Assembly: GCA_964057225.1 (NCBI GenBank)
Contig: OZ059900.1
Location: forward strand, 7,254,001-7,318,000
Reading direction: 5' to 3'
DNA from: Auanema rhodensis
Taxonomy: Eukaryota > Animalia > Nematoda
DNA length: 64,000 nucleotides
A program made the position numbers and the translations under genes. Of the stretch, positions 13,011 through 28,900 are shown piece by piece. Position 1 is the stretch's first letter. The number at the start of each line of letters is the position of its first letter. Under the pieces are notes generated by a model. The model was not told the origin of the DNA. It searched no databases and saw only the letters and a program-made list of their open reading frames with translations.

Positions 13011-16000
13011 TCGACTATTTCTACATATATATGTCCAATTTTAACCACTTTGGTCAAAAAGGACCGAAAATATCAAGAATTATTGGTTTTTTGGGGTTTG
13101 AAGGGCATTTTGGCAAAATCAGTCAAACTTTTGATCTTAAGCATATTTTTTTCTTCTAAAACGACTAAATGTATGAAATACTGTCAAAGAATGTTCATAT
13201 AGGTGTATTTTGCACGAATATCAAAACTGATTGAAATATGGGCCTTTTTATGCTCAAAACGCCATATATTCAACGATTTTGGGTACAAAACATGTGAAAA
13301 CTGTATGTTTTGATCAGACCCTTTGAGATATGGATTTGAAATTCAGGATTCATAAACTTTGACTATTTTTACATATATATGTCCAATTTTAACCACTTTG
13401 GTCGAAAAGGACCGAAAATATCAAGAATTATTGGTTTTTTGGGGATTGAAGGGCATTTTGGCAAAATCAGTCAAACTTTTGATCTTAAGCATATTTTTTT
13501 CTTCTAAAACGACTAAATGTATGAAATACTGTCATAGAATGTTCATATAGGTGTATTTTGCACGAATATCAAAACTGATTGAAATATGGGCCTTTTTATG
13601 TTCAAAACGCCATATATTCAACGATTTTGGGTACAAAACATGTGAAAACTGTATGTTTTGATCAGACCCTTTGAGATATGGATTTGAAATTCAGGATTCA
13701 TAAACTTTGACTATTTTTACATATATATGTCCAATTTTAACCACTTTGGTCAAAAAGGACCGAAAATATCAAGAATTATTGGTTTTTTGGGGATTGAAGG
13801 GCATTTTGGCAAAATCAGTCAAACTTTTGATCTTAAGCATATTTTTTTCTTCTAAAACGACTAAATGTATGAAATACTGTCATAGAATGTTCATATAGGT
13901 GTATTTTGCACGAATATCAAAACTGATTGAAATATGGGCCTTTTTATGCTCAAAACGCCATATATTCAACGATTTTGGGTACAAAACATGTGAAAACTGT
14001 ATGTTTTGATCAGACCCTTTGAGATATGGATTTGAAATTCAGGATTCATAAACTTTGACTATTTTTACATATATATGTTCAATTTTAACCACTTTGGTCA
14101 AAAAGGACCGAAAATATCAAGAATTATTGGTTTTTTGGGGTTTGAAGAGCATTTTGGCAAAATCAGTCAAACTTTTGATCTTAAGCATATTTTTTTCTTC
14201 TAAAACGACTAAATGTATGAAATACTGTCATAGAATGTTCATATAGGTGTATTTTGCACGAATATCAAAACTGATTGAAATATGGGCCTTTTTATGTTCA
14301 AAACGCCATATATTCAACGATTTTGGGTACAAAACATGTGAAAACTGTATGTTTTGATCAGACCCTTTGAGATATGGATTTGGAATTCAGGATTCATAAA
14401 CTTTGACTATTTTTACATATATATGTTCAATTTTAACCACTTTGGTCAAAAAGGACCGAAAATATCAAGAATTATTGGTTTTTTGGGGTTTGAAGGGCAT
14501 TTTGGCTAAATCAGTCAAACTTTTGATCTTAAGCATATTTTTTTCTTCTAAAACGACTAAATGTATGAAATACTGTCATAGAATGTTCATATAGGTGTAT
14601 TTTGCACGAATATCAAAACTGATTGAAATATGGGCCTTTTTATGCTCAAAACGCCATATATTCAACGATTTTGGGTACAAAACATGTGAAAACTGTATGT
14701 TTTGATCAGACCCTTTGAGATATGGATTTGAAATTCAGGATTCATAAACTTTGACTATTTTTACATATATATGTTCAATTTTAACCACTTTGGTCAAAAA
14801 GGACCGAAAATATCAAGAATTATTGGTTTTTTGGGGTTTGAAGAGCATTTTGGCAAAATCAGTCAAACTTTTGATCTTAAGCATATTTTTTTCTTCTAAA
14901 ACGACTAAATGTATGAAATACTGTCATAGAATGTTCATATAGGTGTATTTTGCACGAATATCAAAACTGATTGAAATATGGGCCTTTTTATGTTCAAAAC
15001 GCCATATATTCAACGATTTTGGGTACAAAACATGTGAAAACTGTATGTTTTGATCAGACCCTTTGAGATATGGATTTGGAATTCAGGATTCATAAACTTT
15101 GACTATTTTTACATATATATGTTCAATTTTAACCACTCTGGTCAAAAAGGACCGAAAATATCAAGAATTATTGGTTTTTTGGGGTTTGAAGGGCATTTTG
15201 GCTAAATCAGTCAAACTTTTGATCTTAAGCATATTTTTTTCTTCTAAAACGACTAAATGTATGAAATACTGTCATAGAATGTTCATATAGGTGTATTTTG
15301 CACGAATATCAAAACTGATTGAAATATGGGCCTTTTTATGTTCAAAACGCCATATATTCAACGATTTTGGGTACAAAACATGTGAAAACTGTATGTTTTG
15401 ATCAGACCCTTTGAGATATGGATTTGGAATTCAGGATTCATAAACTTTGACTATTTTTACATATATATGTTCAATTTTAACCACTTTGGTCAAAAAGGAC
15501 CGAAAATATCAAGAATTATTGGTTTTTTGGGGTTTGAAGGGCATTTTGGCTAAATCAGTCAAACTTTTGATCTTAAGCATATTTTTTTCTTCTAAAACGA
15601 CTAAATGTATGAAATACTGTCATAGAATGTTCATATAGGTGTATTTTGCACGAATATCAAAACTGATTGAAATATGGGCCTTTTTATGCTCAAAACGCCA
15701 TATATTCAACGATTTTGGGTACAAAACATGTGAAAACGGTATGTTTTGATCAGACCCTTTGAGATATGGATTTGAAATTCAGGATTCATAAACTTCGACT
15801 ATTTCTACATATATATGTCCAATTTTAACCACTTTGGTCAAAAAGGACCGAAAATATCAAGAATTATTGGTTTTTTGGGGTTTGAAGGGCATTTTGGCAA
15901 AATCAGTCAAACTTTTGATCTTAAGCATATTTTTTTCTTCTAAAACGACTAAATGTATGAAATACTGTCATAGAATGTTCATATAGGTGTATTTTGCACG

Positions 16001-18570
16001 AATATCAAAACTGATTGAAATATGGGCCTTTTTATGCTCAAAACGCCATATATTCAACGATTTTGGGTACAAAACATGTGAAAACTGTATGTTTTGATCA
16101 GACCCTTTGAGATATGGATTTGAAATTCAGGATTCATAAACTTTGACTATTTTTACATATATATGTTCAATTTTAACCACTTTGGTCAAAAAGGACCGAA
16201 AATATCAAGAATTATTGGTTTTTTGGGGTTTGAAGGGCATTTTGGCTAAATCAGTCAAACTTTTGATCTTAAGCATATTTTTTTCTTCTAAAACGACTAA
16301 ATGTATGAAATACTGTCATAGAATGTTCATATAGGTGTATTTTGCACGAATATCAAAACTGATTGAAATATGGGCCTTTTTATGCTCAAAACGCCATATA
16401 TTCAACGATTTTGGGTACAAAACATGTGAAAACTGTATGTTTTGATCAGACCCTTTGAGATATGGATTTGAAATTCAGGATTCATAAACTTTGACTATTT
16501 TTACATATATATGTCCAATTTTAACCACTTTGGTCAAAAAGGACCGAAAATATCAAGAATTATTGGTTTTTTGGGGTTTGAAGGGCATTTTGGCTGAATC
16601 AGTCAAACTTTTGATCTTAAGCATATTTTTTTTTTCTAAAACGACTAAATGTATGAAATACTGTCATAGAATGTTCATATAGGTGTATTTTGCACGAATA
16701 TCAAAACTGATTGAAATATGGGCCTTTTTATGCTCAAAACGCCATATATTCAACGATTTTGGGTACAAAACATGTGAAAACTGTATGTTTTGATCAGACC
16801 CTTTGAGATATGGATTTGAAATTCAGGATTCATAAACTTCGACTATTTCTACATATATATGTCCAATTTTAACCACTTTGGTCAAAAAGGACCGAAAATA
16901 TCAAGAATTATTGGTTTTTTGGGGTTTGAAGGGCATTTTGGCAAAATCAGTCAAACTTTTGATCTTAAGCATATTTTTTTCTTCTAAAACGACTAAATGT
17001 ATGAAATACTGTCAAAGAATGTTCATATAGGTGTATTTTGCACGAATATCAAAACTGATTGAAATATGGGCCTTTTTATGCTCAAAACGCCATATATTCA
17101 ACGATTTTGGGTACAAAACATGTGAAAACTGTATGTTTTGATCAGACCCTTTGAGATATGGATTTGAAATTCAGGATTCATAAACTTTGACTATTTTTAC
17201 ATATATATGTCCAATTTTAACCACTTTGGTCGAAAAGGACCGAAAATATCAAGAATTATTGGTTTTTTGGGGATTGAAGGGCATTTTGGCAAAATCAGTC
17301 AAACTTTTGATCTTAAGCATATTTTTTTCTTCTAAAACGACTAAATGTATGAAATACTGTCATAGAATGTTCATATAGGTGTATTTTGCACGAATATCAA
17401 AACTGATTGAAATATGGGCCTTTTTATGTTCAAAACGGCATATATTCAACGATTTTGGGTACAAAACATGTGAAAACTGTATGTTTTGATCAGACCCTTT
17501 GAGATATGGATTTGAAATTCAGGATTCATAAACTTTGACTATTTTTACATATATATGTCCAATTTTAACCACTTTGGTCGAAAAGGACCGAAAATATCAA
17601 GAATTATTGGTTTTTTGGGGATTGAAGGGCATTTTGGCAAAATCAGTCAAACTTTTGATCTTAAGCATATTTTTTTCTTCTAAAACGACTAAATGTATGA
17701 AATACTGTCATAGAATGTTCATATAGGTGTATTTTGCACGAATATCAAAACTGATTGAAATATGGGCCTTTTTATGCTCAAAACGCCATATATTCAACGA
17801 TTTTGGGTACAAAACATGTGAAAACTGTATGTTTTGATCAGACCCTTTGAGATATGGATTTGAAATTCAGGATTCATAAACTTTGACTATTTTTACATAT
17901 ATATGTTCAATTTTAACCACTTTGGTCAAAAAGGACCGAAAATATCAAGAATTATTGGTTTTTTGGGGTTTGAAGAGCATTTTGGCAAAATCAGTCAAAC
18001 TTTTGATCTTAAGCATATTTTTTTCTTCTAAAACGACTAAATGTATGAAATACTGTCATAGAATGTTCATATAGGTGTATTTTGCACGAATATCAAAACT
18101 GATTGAAATATGGGCCTTTTTATGTTCAAAACGCCATATATTCAACGATTTTGGGTACAAAACATGTGAAAACTGTATGTTTTGATCAGACCCTTTGAGA
18201 TATGGATTTGGAATTCAGGATTCATAAACTTTGACTATTTTTACATATATATGTTCAATTTTAACCACTTTGGTCAAAAAGGACCGAAAATATCAAGAAT
18301 TATTGGTTTTTTGGGGTTTGAAGGGCATTTTGGCTAAATCAGTCAAACTTTTGATCTTAAGCATATTTTTTTCTTCTAAAACGACTAAATGTATGAAATA
18401 CTGTCATAGAATGTTCATATAGGTGTATTTTGCACGAATATCAAAACTGATTGAAATATGGGCCTTTTTATGCTCAAAACGCCATATATTCAACGATTTT
18501 GGGTACAAAACATGTGAAAACTGTATGTTTTGATCAGACCCTTTGAGATATGGATTTAAAATTCAGGATT
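13011..18570. repeat. 5-monomer block repeated at 11-monomer (3828-bp) offset, with an internal dimer duplication
   Basis: Monomers 13011/13359/13707/14055/14403 match 16839/17187/17535/17883/18231. Monomers 14055+14403 repeat at 14751+15099. Confidence 0.8.
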
Positions 18571-21500
18571 CATAAAATTCGACTATTTTTACATATATAT
18601 GTCCAATTTTAACCACTTTGGTCAAAAAGGACCGAAAATATCAAGAATTATTGGTTTTTTGGGGTTTGAAGGGCATTTTGGCAAAATCAGTCAAACTTTT
18701 GATCTTAAGCATATTTTTTTCTTCTAAAACGACTAAATGTATGAAATACTGTCAAAGAATGTTCATATAGGTGTATTTTGCACGAATATCAAAACTGATT
18801 GAAATATGGGCCTTTTTATGCTCAAAACGCCATATATTCAACGATTTTGGGTACAAAACATGTGAAAACTGTATGTTTTGATCAGACCCTTTGAGATATG
18901 GATTTAAAATTCAGGATTCATAAAATTCGACTATTTTTACATATATATGTCCAATTTTAACCACTTTGGTCAAAAAGGACCGAAAATATCAAGAATTATT
19001 GGTTTTTTGGGGTTTGAAGGGCATTTTGGCTAAATCAGTCAAACTTTTGATCTTAAGCATATTTTTTTCTTCTAAAACGACTAAATGTATGAAATACTGT
19101 CATAGAATGTTCATATAGGTGTATTTTGCACGAATATCAAAACTGATTGAAATATGGGCCTTTTTATGCTCAAAACGCCATATATTCAACGATTTTGGGT
19201 ACAAAACATGTGAAAACTGTATGTTTTGATCAGACCCTTTGAGATATGGATTTGAAATTCAGGATTCATAAACTTTGACTATTTTTACATATATATGTCC
19301 AATTTTAACCACTTTGGTCAAAAAGGACCGAAAATATCAAGAATTATTGGTTTTTTGGGGTTTGAAGGGCATTTTGGCTGAATCAGTCAAACTTTTGATC
19401 TTAAGCATATTTTTTTTTTCTAAAACGACTAAATGTATGAAATACTGTCATAGAATGTTCATATAGGTGTATTTTGCACGAATATCAAAACTGATTGAAA
19501 TATGGGCCTTTTTATGCTCAAAACGCCATATATTCAACGATTTTGGGTACAAAACATGTGAAAACTGTATGTTTTGATCAGACCCTTTGAGATATGGATT
19601 TGAAATTCAGGATTCATAAACTTTGACTATTTTTACATATATATGTTCAATTGTAACCACTTTGGTCAAAAAGGACCGAAAATATCAAGAATTATTGGTT
19701 TTTTGGGGTTTGAAGGGCATTTTGGCTAAATCAGTCAAACTTTTGATCTTAAGCATATTTTTTTCTTCTAAAACGACTAAATGTATGAAATACTGTCATA
19801 GAATGTTGATATAGGTGTATTTTGCACGAATATCAAAACTGATTGAAATATGGGCCTTTTTATGCTCAAAACGCCATATATTCAACGATTTTGGGTACAA
19901 AACATGTGAAAACTGTATGTTTTGATCAGACCCTTTGAGATATGGATTTAAAATTCAGGATTCATAAAATTCGACTATTTTTACATATATATGTCCAATT
20001 TTAACCACTTTGGTCAAAAAGGACCGAAAATATCAAGAATTATTGGTTTTTTGGGGTTTGAAGGGCATTTTGGCAAAATCAGTCAAACTTTTGATCTTAA
20101 GCATATTTTTTTCTTCTAAAACGACTAAATGTATGAAATACTGTCATAGAATGTTCATATAGGTGTATTTTGCACGAATATCAAAACTGATTGAAATATG
20201 GGCCTTTTTATGCTCAAAACGCCATATATTCAACGATTTTGGGTACAAAACATGTGAAAACTGTATGTTTTGATCAGACCCTTTGAGATATGGATTTAAA
20301 ATTCAGGATTCATAAAATTCGACTATTTTTACATATATATGTCCAATTTTAACCACTTTGGTCAAAAAGGACCGAAAATATCAAGAATTATTGGTTTTTT
20401 GGGGTTTGAAGGGCATTTTGGCAAAATCAGTCAAACTTTTGATCTTAAGCATATTTTTTTCTTCTAAAACGACTAAATGTATGAAATACTGTCAAAGAAT
20501 GTTCATATAGGTGTATTTTGCACGAATATCAAAACTGATTGAAATATGGGCCTTTTTATGCTCAAAACGCCATATATTCAACGATTTTGGGTACAAAACA
20601 TGTGAAAACTGTATGTTTTGATCAGACCCTTTGAGATATGGATTTAAAATTCAGGATTCATAAAATTCGACTATTTTTACATATATATGTCCAATTTTAA
20701 CCACTTTGGTCAAAAAGGACCGAAAATATCAAGAATTATTGGTTTTTTGGGGTTTGAAGGGCATTTTGGCTAAATCAGTCAAACTTTTGATCTTAAGCAT
20801 ATTTTTTTCTTCTAAAACGACTAAATGTATGAAATACTGTCATAGAATGTTCATATAGGTGTATTTTGCACGAATATCAAAACTGATTGAAATATGGGCC
20901 TTTTTATGCTCAAAACGCCATATATTCAACGATTTTGGGTACAAAACATGTGAAAACTGTATGTTTTGATCAGACCCTTTGAGATATGGATTTGAAATTC
21001 AGGATTCATAAACTTTGACTATTTTTACATATATATGTCCAATTTTAACCACTTTGGTCAAAAAGGACCGAAAATATCAAGAATTATTGGTTTTTTGGGG
21101 TTTGAAGGGCATTTTGGCTGAATCAGTCAAACTTTTGATCTTAAGCATATTTTTTTTTTCTAAAACGACTAAATGTATGAAATACTGTCATAGAATGTTC
21201 ATATAGGTGTATTTTGCACGAATATCAAAACTGATTGAAATATGGGCCTTTTTATGCTCAAAACGCCATATATTCAACGATTTTGGGTACAAAACATGTG
21301 AAAACTGTATGTTTTGATCAGACCCTTTGAGATATGGATTTGAAATTCAGGATTCATAAACTTTGACTATTTTTACATATATATGTTCAATTGTAACCAC
21401 TTTGGTCAAAAAGGACCGAAAATATCAAGAATTATTGGTTTTTTGGGGTTTGAAGGGCATTTTGGCTAAATCAGTCAAACTTTTGATCTTAAGCATATTT

Positions 21501-21685
21501 TTTTCTTCTAAAACGACTAAATGTATGAAATACTGTCATAGAATGTTGATATAGGTGTATTTTGCACGAATATCAAAACTGATTGAAATATGGGCCTTTT
21601 TATGCTCAAAACGCCATATATTCAACGATTTTGGGTACAAAACATGTGAAAACTGTATGTTTTGATCAGACCCTTTGAGATATGG
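18340..21685. repeat. Higher-order duplication with 5-monomer (1740-bp) period
   Basis: Monomers 18579/18927/19275/19623 appear identical to 20319/20667/21015/21363 (tttaaaattc/aattcgac, gctgaatc with long T-run, ttgtaac/gttgata). Confidence 0.9.
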
Positions 21686-22999
21686 ATTTGGAATTCAGGA
21701 TTCATAAACTTTGACTATTTTTACATATATATGTTCAATTTTAACCACTTTGGTCAAAAAGGACCGAAAATATCAAGAATTATTGGTTTTTTGGGGTTTG
21801 AAGGGCATTTTGGCTAAATCAGTCAAACTTTTGATCTTAAGCATATTTTTTTCTTCTAAAACGACTAAATGTATGAAATACTGTCATAGAATGTTCATAT
21901 AGGTGTATTTTGCACGAATATCAAAACTGATTGAAATATGGGCCTTTTTATGCTCAAAACGCCATATATTCAACGATTTTGGGTACAAAACATGTGAAAA
22001 CTGTATGTTTTGATCAGACCCTTTGAGATATGGATTTGAAATTCAGGATTCATAAACTTTGACTATTTTTACATATATATGTCCAATTTTAACCACTTTG
22101 GTCAAAAAGGACCGAAAATATCAAGAATTATTGGTTTTTTGGGGTTTGAAGGACATTTTGGCTAAATCAGTCAAACTTTTGATCTTAAGCATATTTTTTT
22201 CTTCTAAAACGACTAAATGTATGAAATACTGTCATAGAATGTTCATATAGGTGTATTTTGCACGAATATCAAAACTGATTGAAATATGGGCCTTTTTATG
22301 CTCAAAACGCCATATATTCAACGATTTTGGGTACAAAACATGTGAAAACTGTATGTTTTGATCAGACCCTTTGAGATATGGATTTGAAATTCAGGATTCA
22401 TAAACTTCGACTATTTCTACATATATATGTCCAATTTTAACCACTTTGGTCGAAAAGGACCGAAAATATCAAGAATTATTGGTTTTTTGGGGATTGAAGG
22501 GCATTTTGGCAAAATCAGTCAAACTTTTGATCTTAAGCATATTTTTTTCTTCTAAAACGACTAAATGTATGAAATACTGTCATAGAATGTTCATATAGGT
22601 GTATTTTGCACGAATATCAAAACTGATTGAAATATGGGCCTTTTTATGTTCAAAACGCCATATATTCAACGATTTTGGGTACAAAACATGTGAAAACTGT
22701 ATGTTTTGATCAGACCCTTTGAGATATGGATTTGGAATTCAGGATTCATAAACTTTGACTGTTTTTACATATATATGTTCAATTTTAACCACTTTGGTCA
22801 AAAAGGACCGAAAATATCAAGAATTATTGGTTTTTTGGGGTTTGAAGGGCATTTTGGCTAAATCAGTCAAACTTTTGATCTTAAGCATATTTTTTTCTTC
22901 TAAAACGACTAAATGTATGAAATACTGTCATAGAATGTTCATATAGGTGTATTTTGCACGAATATCAAAACTGATTGAAATATGGGCCTTTTTATGCTC

Positions 23000-25900
23000 A
23001 AAACGCCATATATTCAACGATTTTGGGTACAAAACATGTGAAAACTGTATGTTTTGATCAGACCCTTTGAGATATGGATTTGAAATTCAGGATTCATAAA
23101 CTTCGACTATTTCTACATATATATGTTCAATTTTAACCACTTTGGTCAAAAAAGACCGAAAATATCAAGAATTATTGGTTTTTTGGGGTTTGAAGGGCAT
23201 TTTGGCTAAATCAGTCAAACTTTTGATCTTAAGCATATTTTTTTCTTCTAAAACGACTAAATGTATGAAATACTGTCATAGAATGTTCATATAGGTGTAT
23301 TTTGCACTAATATCGAAACTGATTGAAATATGGGCCTTTTTATGCTCAAAACGCCATATATTCAACGATTTTGGGTACAAAACATGTGAAAACGGTATGT
23401 TTTGATCAGACCCTTTGAGATATGGATTTGAAATTCAGGATTCATAAACTTCGACTATTTCTACATATATATGTCCAATTTTAACCACTTTGGTCAAAAA
23501 GGACCGAAAATATCAAGAATTATTGGTTTTTTGGGGTTTGAAGGGCATTTTGGCAAAATCAGTCAAACTTTTGATCTTAAGCATATTTTTTTCTTCTAAA
23601 ACGACTAAATGTATGAAATACTGTCAAAGAATGTTCATATAGGTGTATTTTGCACGAATATCAAAACTGATTGAAATATGGGCCTTTTTATGCTCAAAAC
23701 GCCATATATTCAACGATTTTGGGTACAAAACATGTGAAAACTGTATGTTTTGATCAGACCCTTTGAGATATGGATTTAAAATTCAGGATTCATAAAATTC
23801 GACTATTTTTACATATATATGTCCAATTTTAACCACTTTGGTCAAAAAGGACCGAAAATATCAAGAATTATTGGTTTTTTGGGGTTTGAAGGGCATTTTG
23901 GCAAAATCAGTCAAACTTTTGATCTTAAGCATATTTTTTTCTTCTAAAACGACTAAATGTATGAAATACTGTCATAGAATGTTCATATAGGTGTATTTTG
24001 CACGAATATCAAAACTGATTGAAATATGGGCCTTTTTATGTTCAAAACGCCATATATTCAACGATTTTGGGTACAAAACATGTGAAAACTGTATGTTTTG
24101 ATCAGACCCTTTGAGATATGGATTTGGAATTCAGGATTCATAAACTTTGACTATTTTTACATATATATGTTCAATTTTAACCACTTTGGTCAAAAAGGAC
24201 CGAAAATATCAAGAATTATTGGTTTTTTGGGGTTTGAAGGGCATTTTGGCTAAATCAGTCAAACTTTTGATCTTAAGCATATTTTTTTCTTCTAAAACGA
24301 CTAAATGTATGAAATACTGTCATAGAATGTTCATATAGGTGTATTTTGCACGAATATCAAAACTGATTGAAATATGGGCCTTTTTATGCTCAAAACGCCA
24401 TATATTCAACGATTTTGGGTACAAAACATGTGAAAACTGTATGTTTTGATCAGACCCTTTGAGATATGGATTTGAAATTCAGGATTCATAAACTTTGACT
24501 ATTTTTACATATATATGTCCAATTTTAACCACTTTGGTCAAAAAGGACCGAAAATATCAAGAATTATTGGTTTTTTGGGGTTTGAAGGACATTTTGGCTA
24601 AATCAGTCAAACTTTTGATCTTAAGCATATTTTTTTCTTCTAAAACGACCAAATGTATGAAATACTGTCATAGAATGTTGATATAGGTGTATTTTGCACG
24701 AATATCAAAACTGATTGAAATATGGGCCTTTTTATGTTGAAAACGCCATATATTCAACGATTTTGGGTACAAAACATGTGAAAACTGTATGTTTTGATCA
24801 GACCCTTTGAGATATGGATTTGAAATTCAGGATTCATAAACTTTGACTATTTTTACATATATATGTTCAATTGTAACCACTTTGGTCAAAAAGGACCGAA
24901 AATATCAAGAATTATTGGTTTTTTGGGGTTTGAAGGGCATTTTGGCTAAATCAGTCAAACTTTTGATCTTAAGCATATTTTTTTCTTCTAAAACGACCAA
25001 ATGTATGAAATACTGTCATAGAATGTTGATATAGGTGTATTTTGCACGAATATCAAAACTGATTGAAATATGGGCCTTTTTATGTTCAAAACGCCATATA
25101 TTCAACGATTTTGGGTACAAAACATGTGAAAACTGTATGTTTTGATCAGACCCTTTGAGATATGGATTTGAAATTCAGGATTCATAAACTTTGACTATTT
25201 TTACATATATATGTTCAATTTTAACCACTATGGTCAAAAAGGACCGAAAATATCAAGAATTATTGGTTTTTTGGGGTTTGAAGGGCATTTTGGCAAAATC
25301 AGTCAAACTTTTGATCTTAAGCATATTTTTTTCTTCTAAAACGACTAAATGTATGAAATACTGTCATAGAATGTTCATATAGGTGTATTTTGCACGAATA
25401 TCAAAACTGATTGAAATATGGGCCTTTTTATGCTCAAAACGCCATATATTCAACGATTTTGGGTACAAAACATGTGAAAACTGTATGTTTTGATCAGACC
25501 CTTTGAGATATGGATTTGAAATTCAGGATTCATAAACTTTGACTATTTTCACATATATATGTCCAATTTCAACCACTTTGGTCAAAAAGGACCGAAAATA
25601 TCAAGAATTATTGGTTTTTTGGGGTTTGAAGGGCATTTTGGCTGAATCAGTCAAACTTTTGATCTTAAGCATATTTTTTTTTTCTAAAACGACTAAATGT
25701 ATGAAATACTGTCATAGAATGTTCATATAGGTGTATTTTGCACGAATATCAAAACTGATTGAAATATGGGCCTTTTTATGCTCAAAACGCCATATATTCA
25801 ACGATTTTGGGTACAAAACATGTGAAAACTGTATGTTTTGATCAGACCCTTTGAGATATGGATTTGAAATTCAGGATTCATAAACTTTGACTATTTTTAC

Positions 25901-28900
25901 ATATATATGTCCAATTTTAACCACTTTGGTCAAAAAGGACCGAAAATATCAAGAATTATTGGTTTTTTGGGGATTGAAGGGCATTTTGGCAAAATCAGTC
26001 AAACTTTTGATCTTAAGCATATTTTTTTCTTCTAAAACGACTAAATGTATGAAATACTGTCATAGAATGTTCATATAGGTGTATTTTGCACGAATATCAA
26101 AACTGATTGAAATATGGGCCTTTTTATGCTCAAAACGCCATATATTCAACGATTTTGGGTACAAAACATGTGAAAACTGTATGTTTTGATCAGACCCTTT
26201 GAGATATGGATTTGAAATTCAGGATTCATAAACTTTGACTATTTTTACATATATATGTTCAATTGTAACCACTTTGGTCAAAAAGGACCGAAAATATCAA
26301 GAATTATTGGTTTTTTGGGGTTTGAAGGGCATTTTGGCTAAATCAGTCAAACTTTTGATCTTAAGCATATTTTTTTCTTCTAAAACGACTAAATGTATGA
26401 AATACTGTCATAGAATGTTGATATAGGTGTATTTTGCACGAATATCAAAACTGATTGAAATATGGGCCTTTTTATGTTCAAAACGCCATATATTCAACGA
26501 TTTTGGGTACAAAACATGTGAAAACTGTATGTTTTGATCAGACCCTTTGAGATATGGATTTGAAATTCAGGATTCATAAACTTCGACTATTTCTACATAT
26601 ATATGTTCAATTTTAACCACTTTGGTCAAAAAAGACCGAAAATATCAAGAATTATTGGTTTTTTGGGGTTTGAAGGGCATTTTGGCTAAATCAGTCAAAC
26701 TTTTGATCTTAAGCATATTTTTTTCTTCTAAAACGACTAAATGTATGAAATACTGTCATAGAATGTTCATATAGGTGTATTTTGCACTAATATCGAAACT
26801 GATTGAAATATGGGCCTTTTTATGCTCAAAACGCCATATATTCAACGATTTTGGGTACAAAACATGTGAAAACTGTATGTTTTGATCAGACCCTTTGAGA
26901 TATGGATTTGAAATTCAGGATTCATAAACTTTGACTATTTTTACATATATATGTCCAATTTTAACCACTTTGGTCAAAAAGGACCGAAAATATCAAGAAT
27001 TATTGGTTTTTTGGGGTTTGAAGGGCATTTTGGCAAAATCAGTCAAACTTTTGATCTTAAGCATATTTTTTTCTTCTAAAACGACTAAATGTATGAAATA
27101 CTGTCAAAGAATGTTCATATAGGTGTATTTTGCACGAATATCAAAACTGATTGAAATATGGGCCTTTTTATGCTCAAAACGCCATATATTCAACGATTTT
27201 GGGTACAAAACATGTGAAAACTGTATGTTTTGATCAGACCCTTTGAGATATGGATTTAAAATTCAGGATTCATAAAATTCGACTATTTTTACATATATAT
27301 GTCCAATTTTAACCACTTTGGTCAAAAAGGACCGAAAATATCAAGAATTATTGGTTTTTTGGGGTTTGAAGGGCATTTTGGCAAAATCAGTCAAACTTTT
27401 GATCTTAAGCATATTTTTTTCTTCTAAAACGACTAAATGTATGAAATACTGTCATAGAATGTTCATATAGGTGTATTTTGCACGAATATCAAAACTGATT
27501 GAAATATGGGCCTTTTTATGTTCAAAACGCCATATATTCAACGATTTTGGGTACAAAACATGTGAAAACTGTATGTTTTGATCAGACCCTTTGAGATATG
27601 GATTTGGAATTCAGGATTCATAAACTTTGACTATTTTTACATATATATGTTCAATTTTAACCACTTTGGTCAAAAAGGACCGAAAATATCAAGAATTATT
27701 GGTTTTTTGGGGTTTGAAGGGCATTTTGGCTAAATCAGTCAAACTTTTGATCTTAAGCATATTTTTTTCTTCTAAAACGACTAAATGTATGAAATACTGT
27801 CATAGAATGTTCATATAGGTGTATTTTGCACGAATATCAAAACTGATTGAAATATGGGCCTTTTTATGCTCAAAACGCCATATATTCAACGATTTTGGGT
27901 ACAAAACATGTGAAAACTGTATGTTTTGATCAGACCCTTTGAGATATGGATTTGAAATTCAGGATTCATAAACTTTGACTATTTTTACATATATATGTCC
28001 AATTTTAACCACTTTGGTCAAAAAGGACCGAAAATATCAAGAATTATTGGTTTTTTGGGGTTTGAAGGACATTTTGGCTAAATCAGTCAAACTTTTGATC
28101 TTAAGCATATTTTTTTCTTCTAAAACGACCAAATGTATGAAATACTGTCATAGAATGTTGATATAGGTGTATTTTGCACGAATATCAAAACTGATTGAAA
28201 TATGGGCCTTTTTATGTTGAAAACGCCATATATTCAACGATTTTGGGTACAAAACATGTGAAAACTGTATGTTTTGATCAGACCCTTTGAGATATGGATT
28301 TGAAATTCAGGATTCATAAACTTTGACTATTTTTACATATATATGTTCAATTGTAACCACTTTGGTCAAAAAGGACCGAAAATATCAAGAATTATTGGTT
28401 TTTTGGGGTTTGAAGGGCATTTTGGCTAAATCAGTCAAACTTTTGATCTTAAGCATATTTTTTTCTTCTAAAACGACCAAATGTATGAAATACTGTCATA
28501 GAATGTTGATATAGGTGTATTTTGCACGAATATCAAAACTGATTGAAATATGGGCCTTTTTATGTTCAAAACGCCATATATTCAACGATTTTGGGTACAA
28601 AACATGTGAAAACTGTATGTTTTGATCAGACCCTTTGAGATATGGATTTGAAATTCAGGATTCATAAACTTTGACTATTTTTACATATATATGTTCAATT
28701 TTAACCACTATGGTCAAAAAGGACCGAAAATATCAAGAATTATTGGTTTTTTGGGGTTTGAAGGGCATTTTGGCAAAATCAGTCAAACTTTTGATCTTAA
28801 GCATATTTTTTTCTTCTAAAACGACTAAATGTATGAAATACTGTCATAGAATGTTCATATAGGTGTATTTTGCACGAATATCAAAACTGATTGAAATATG

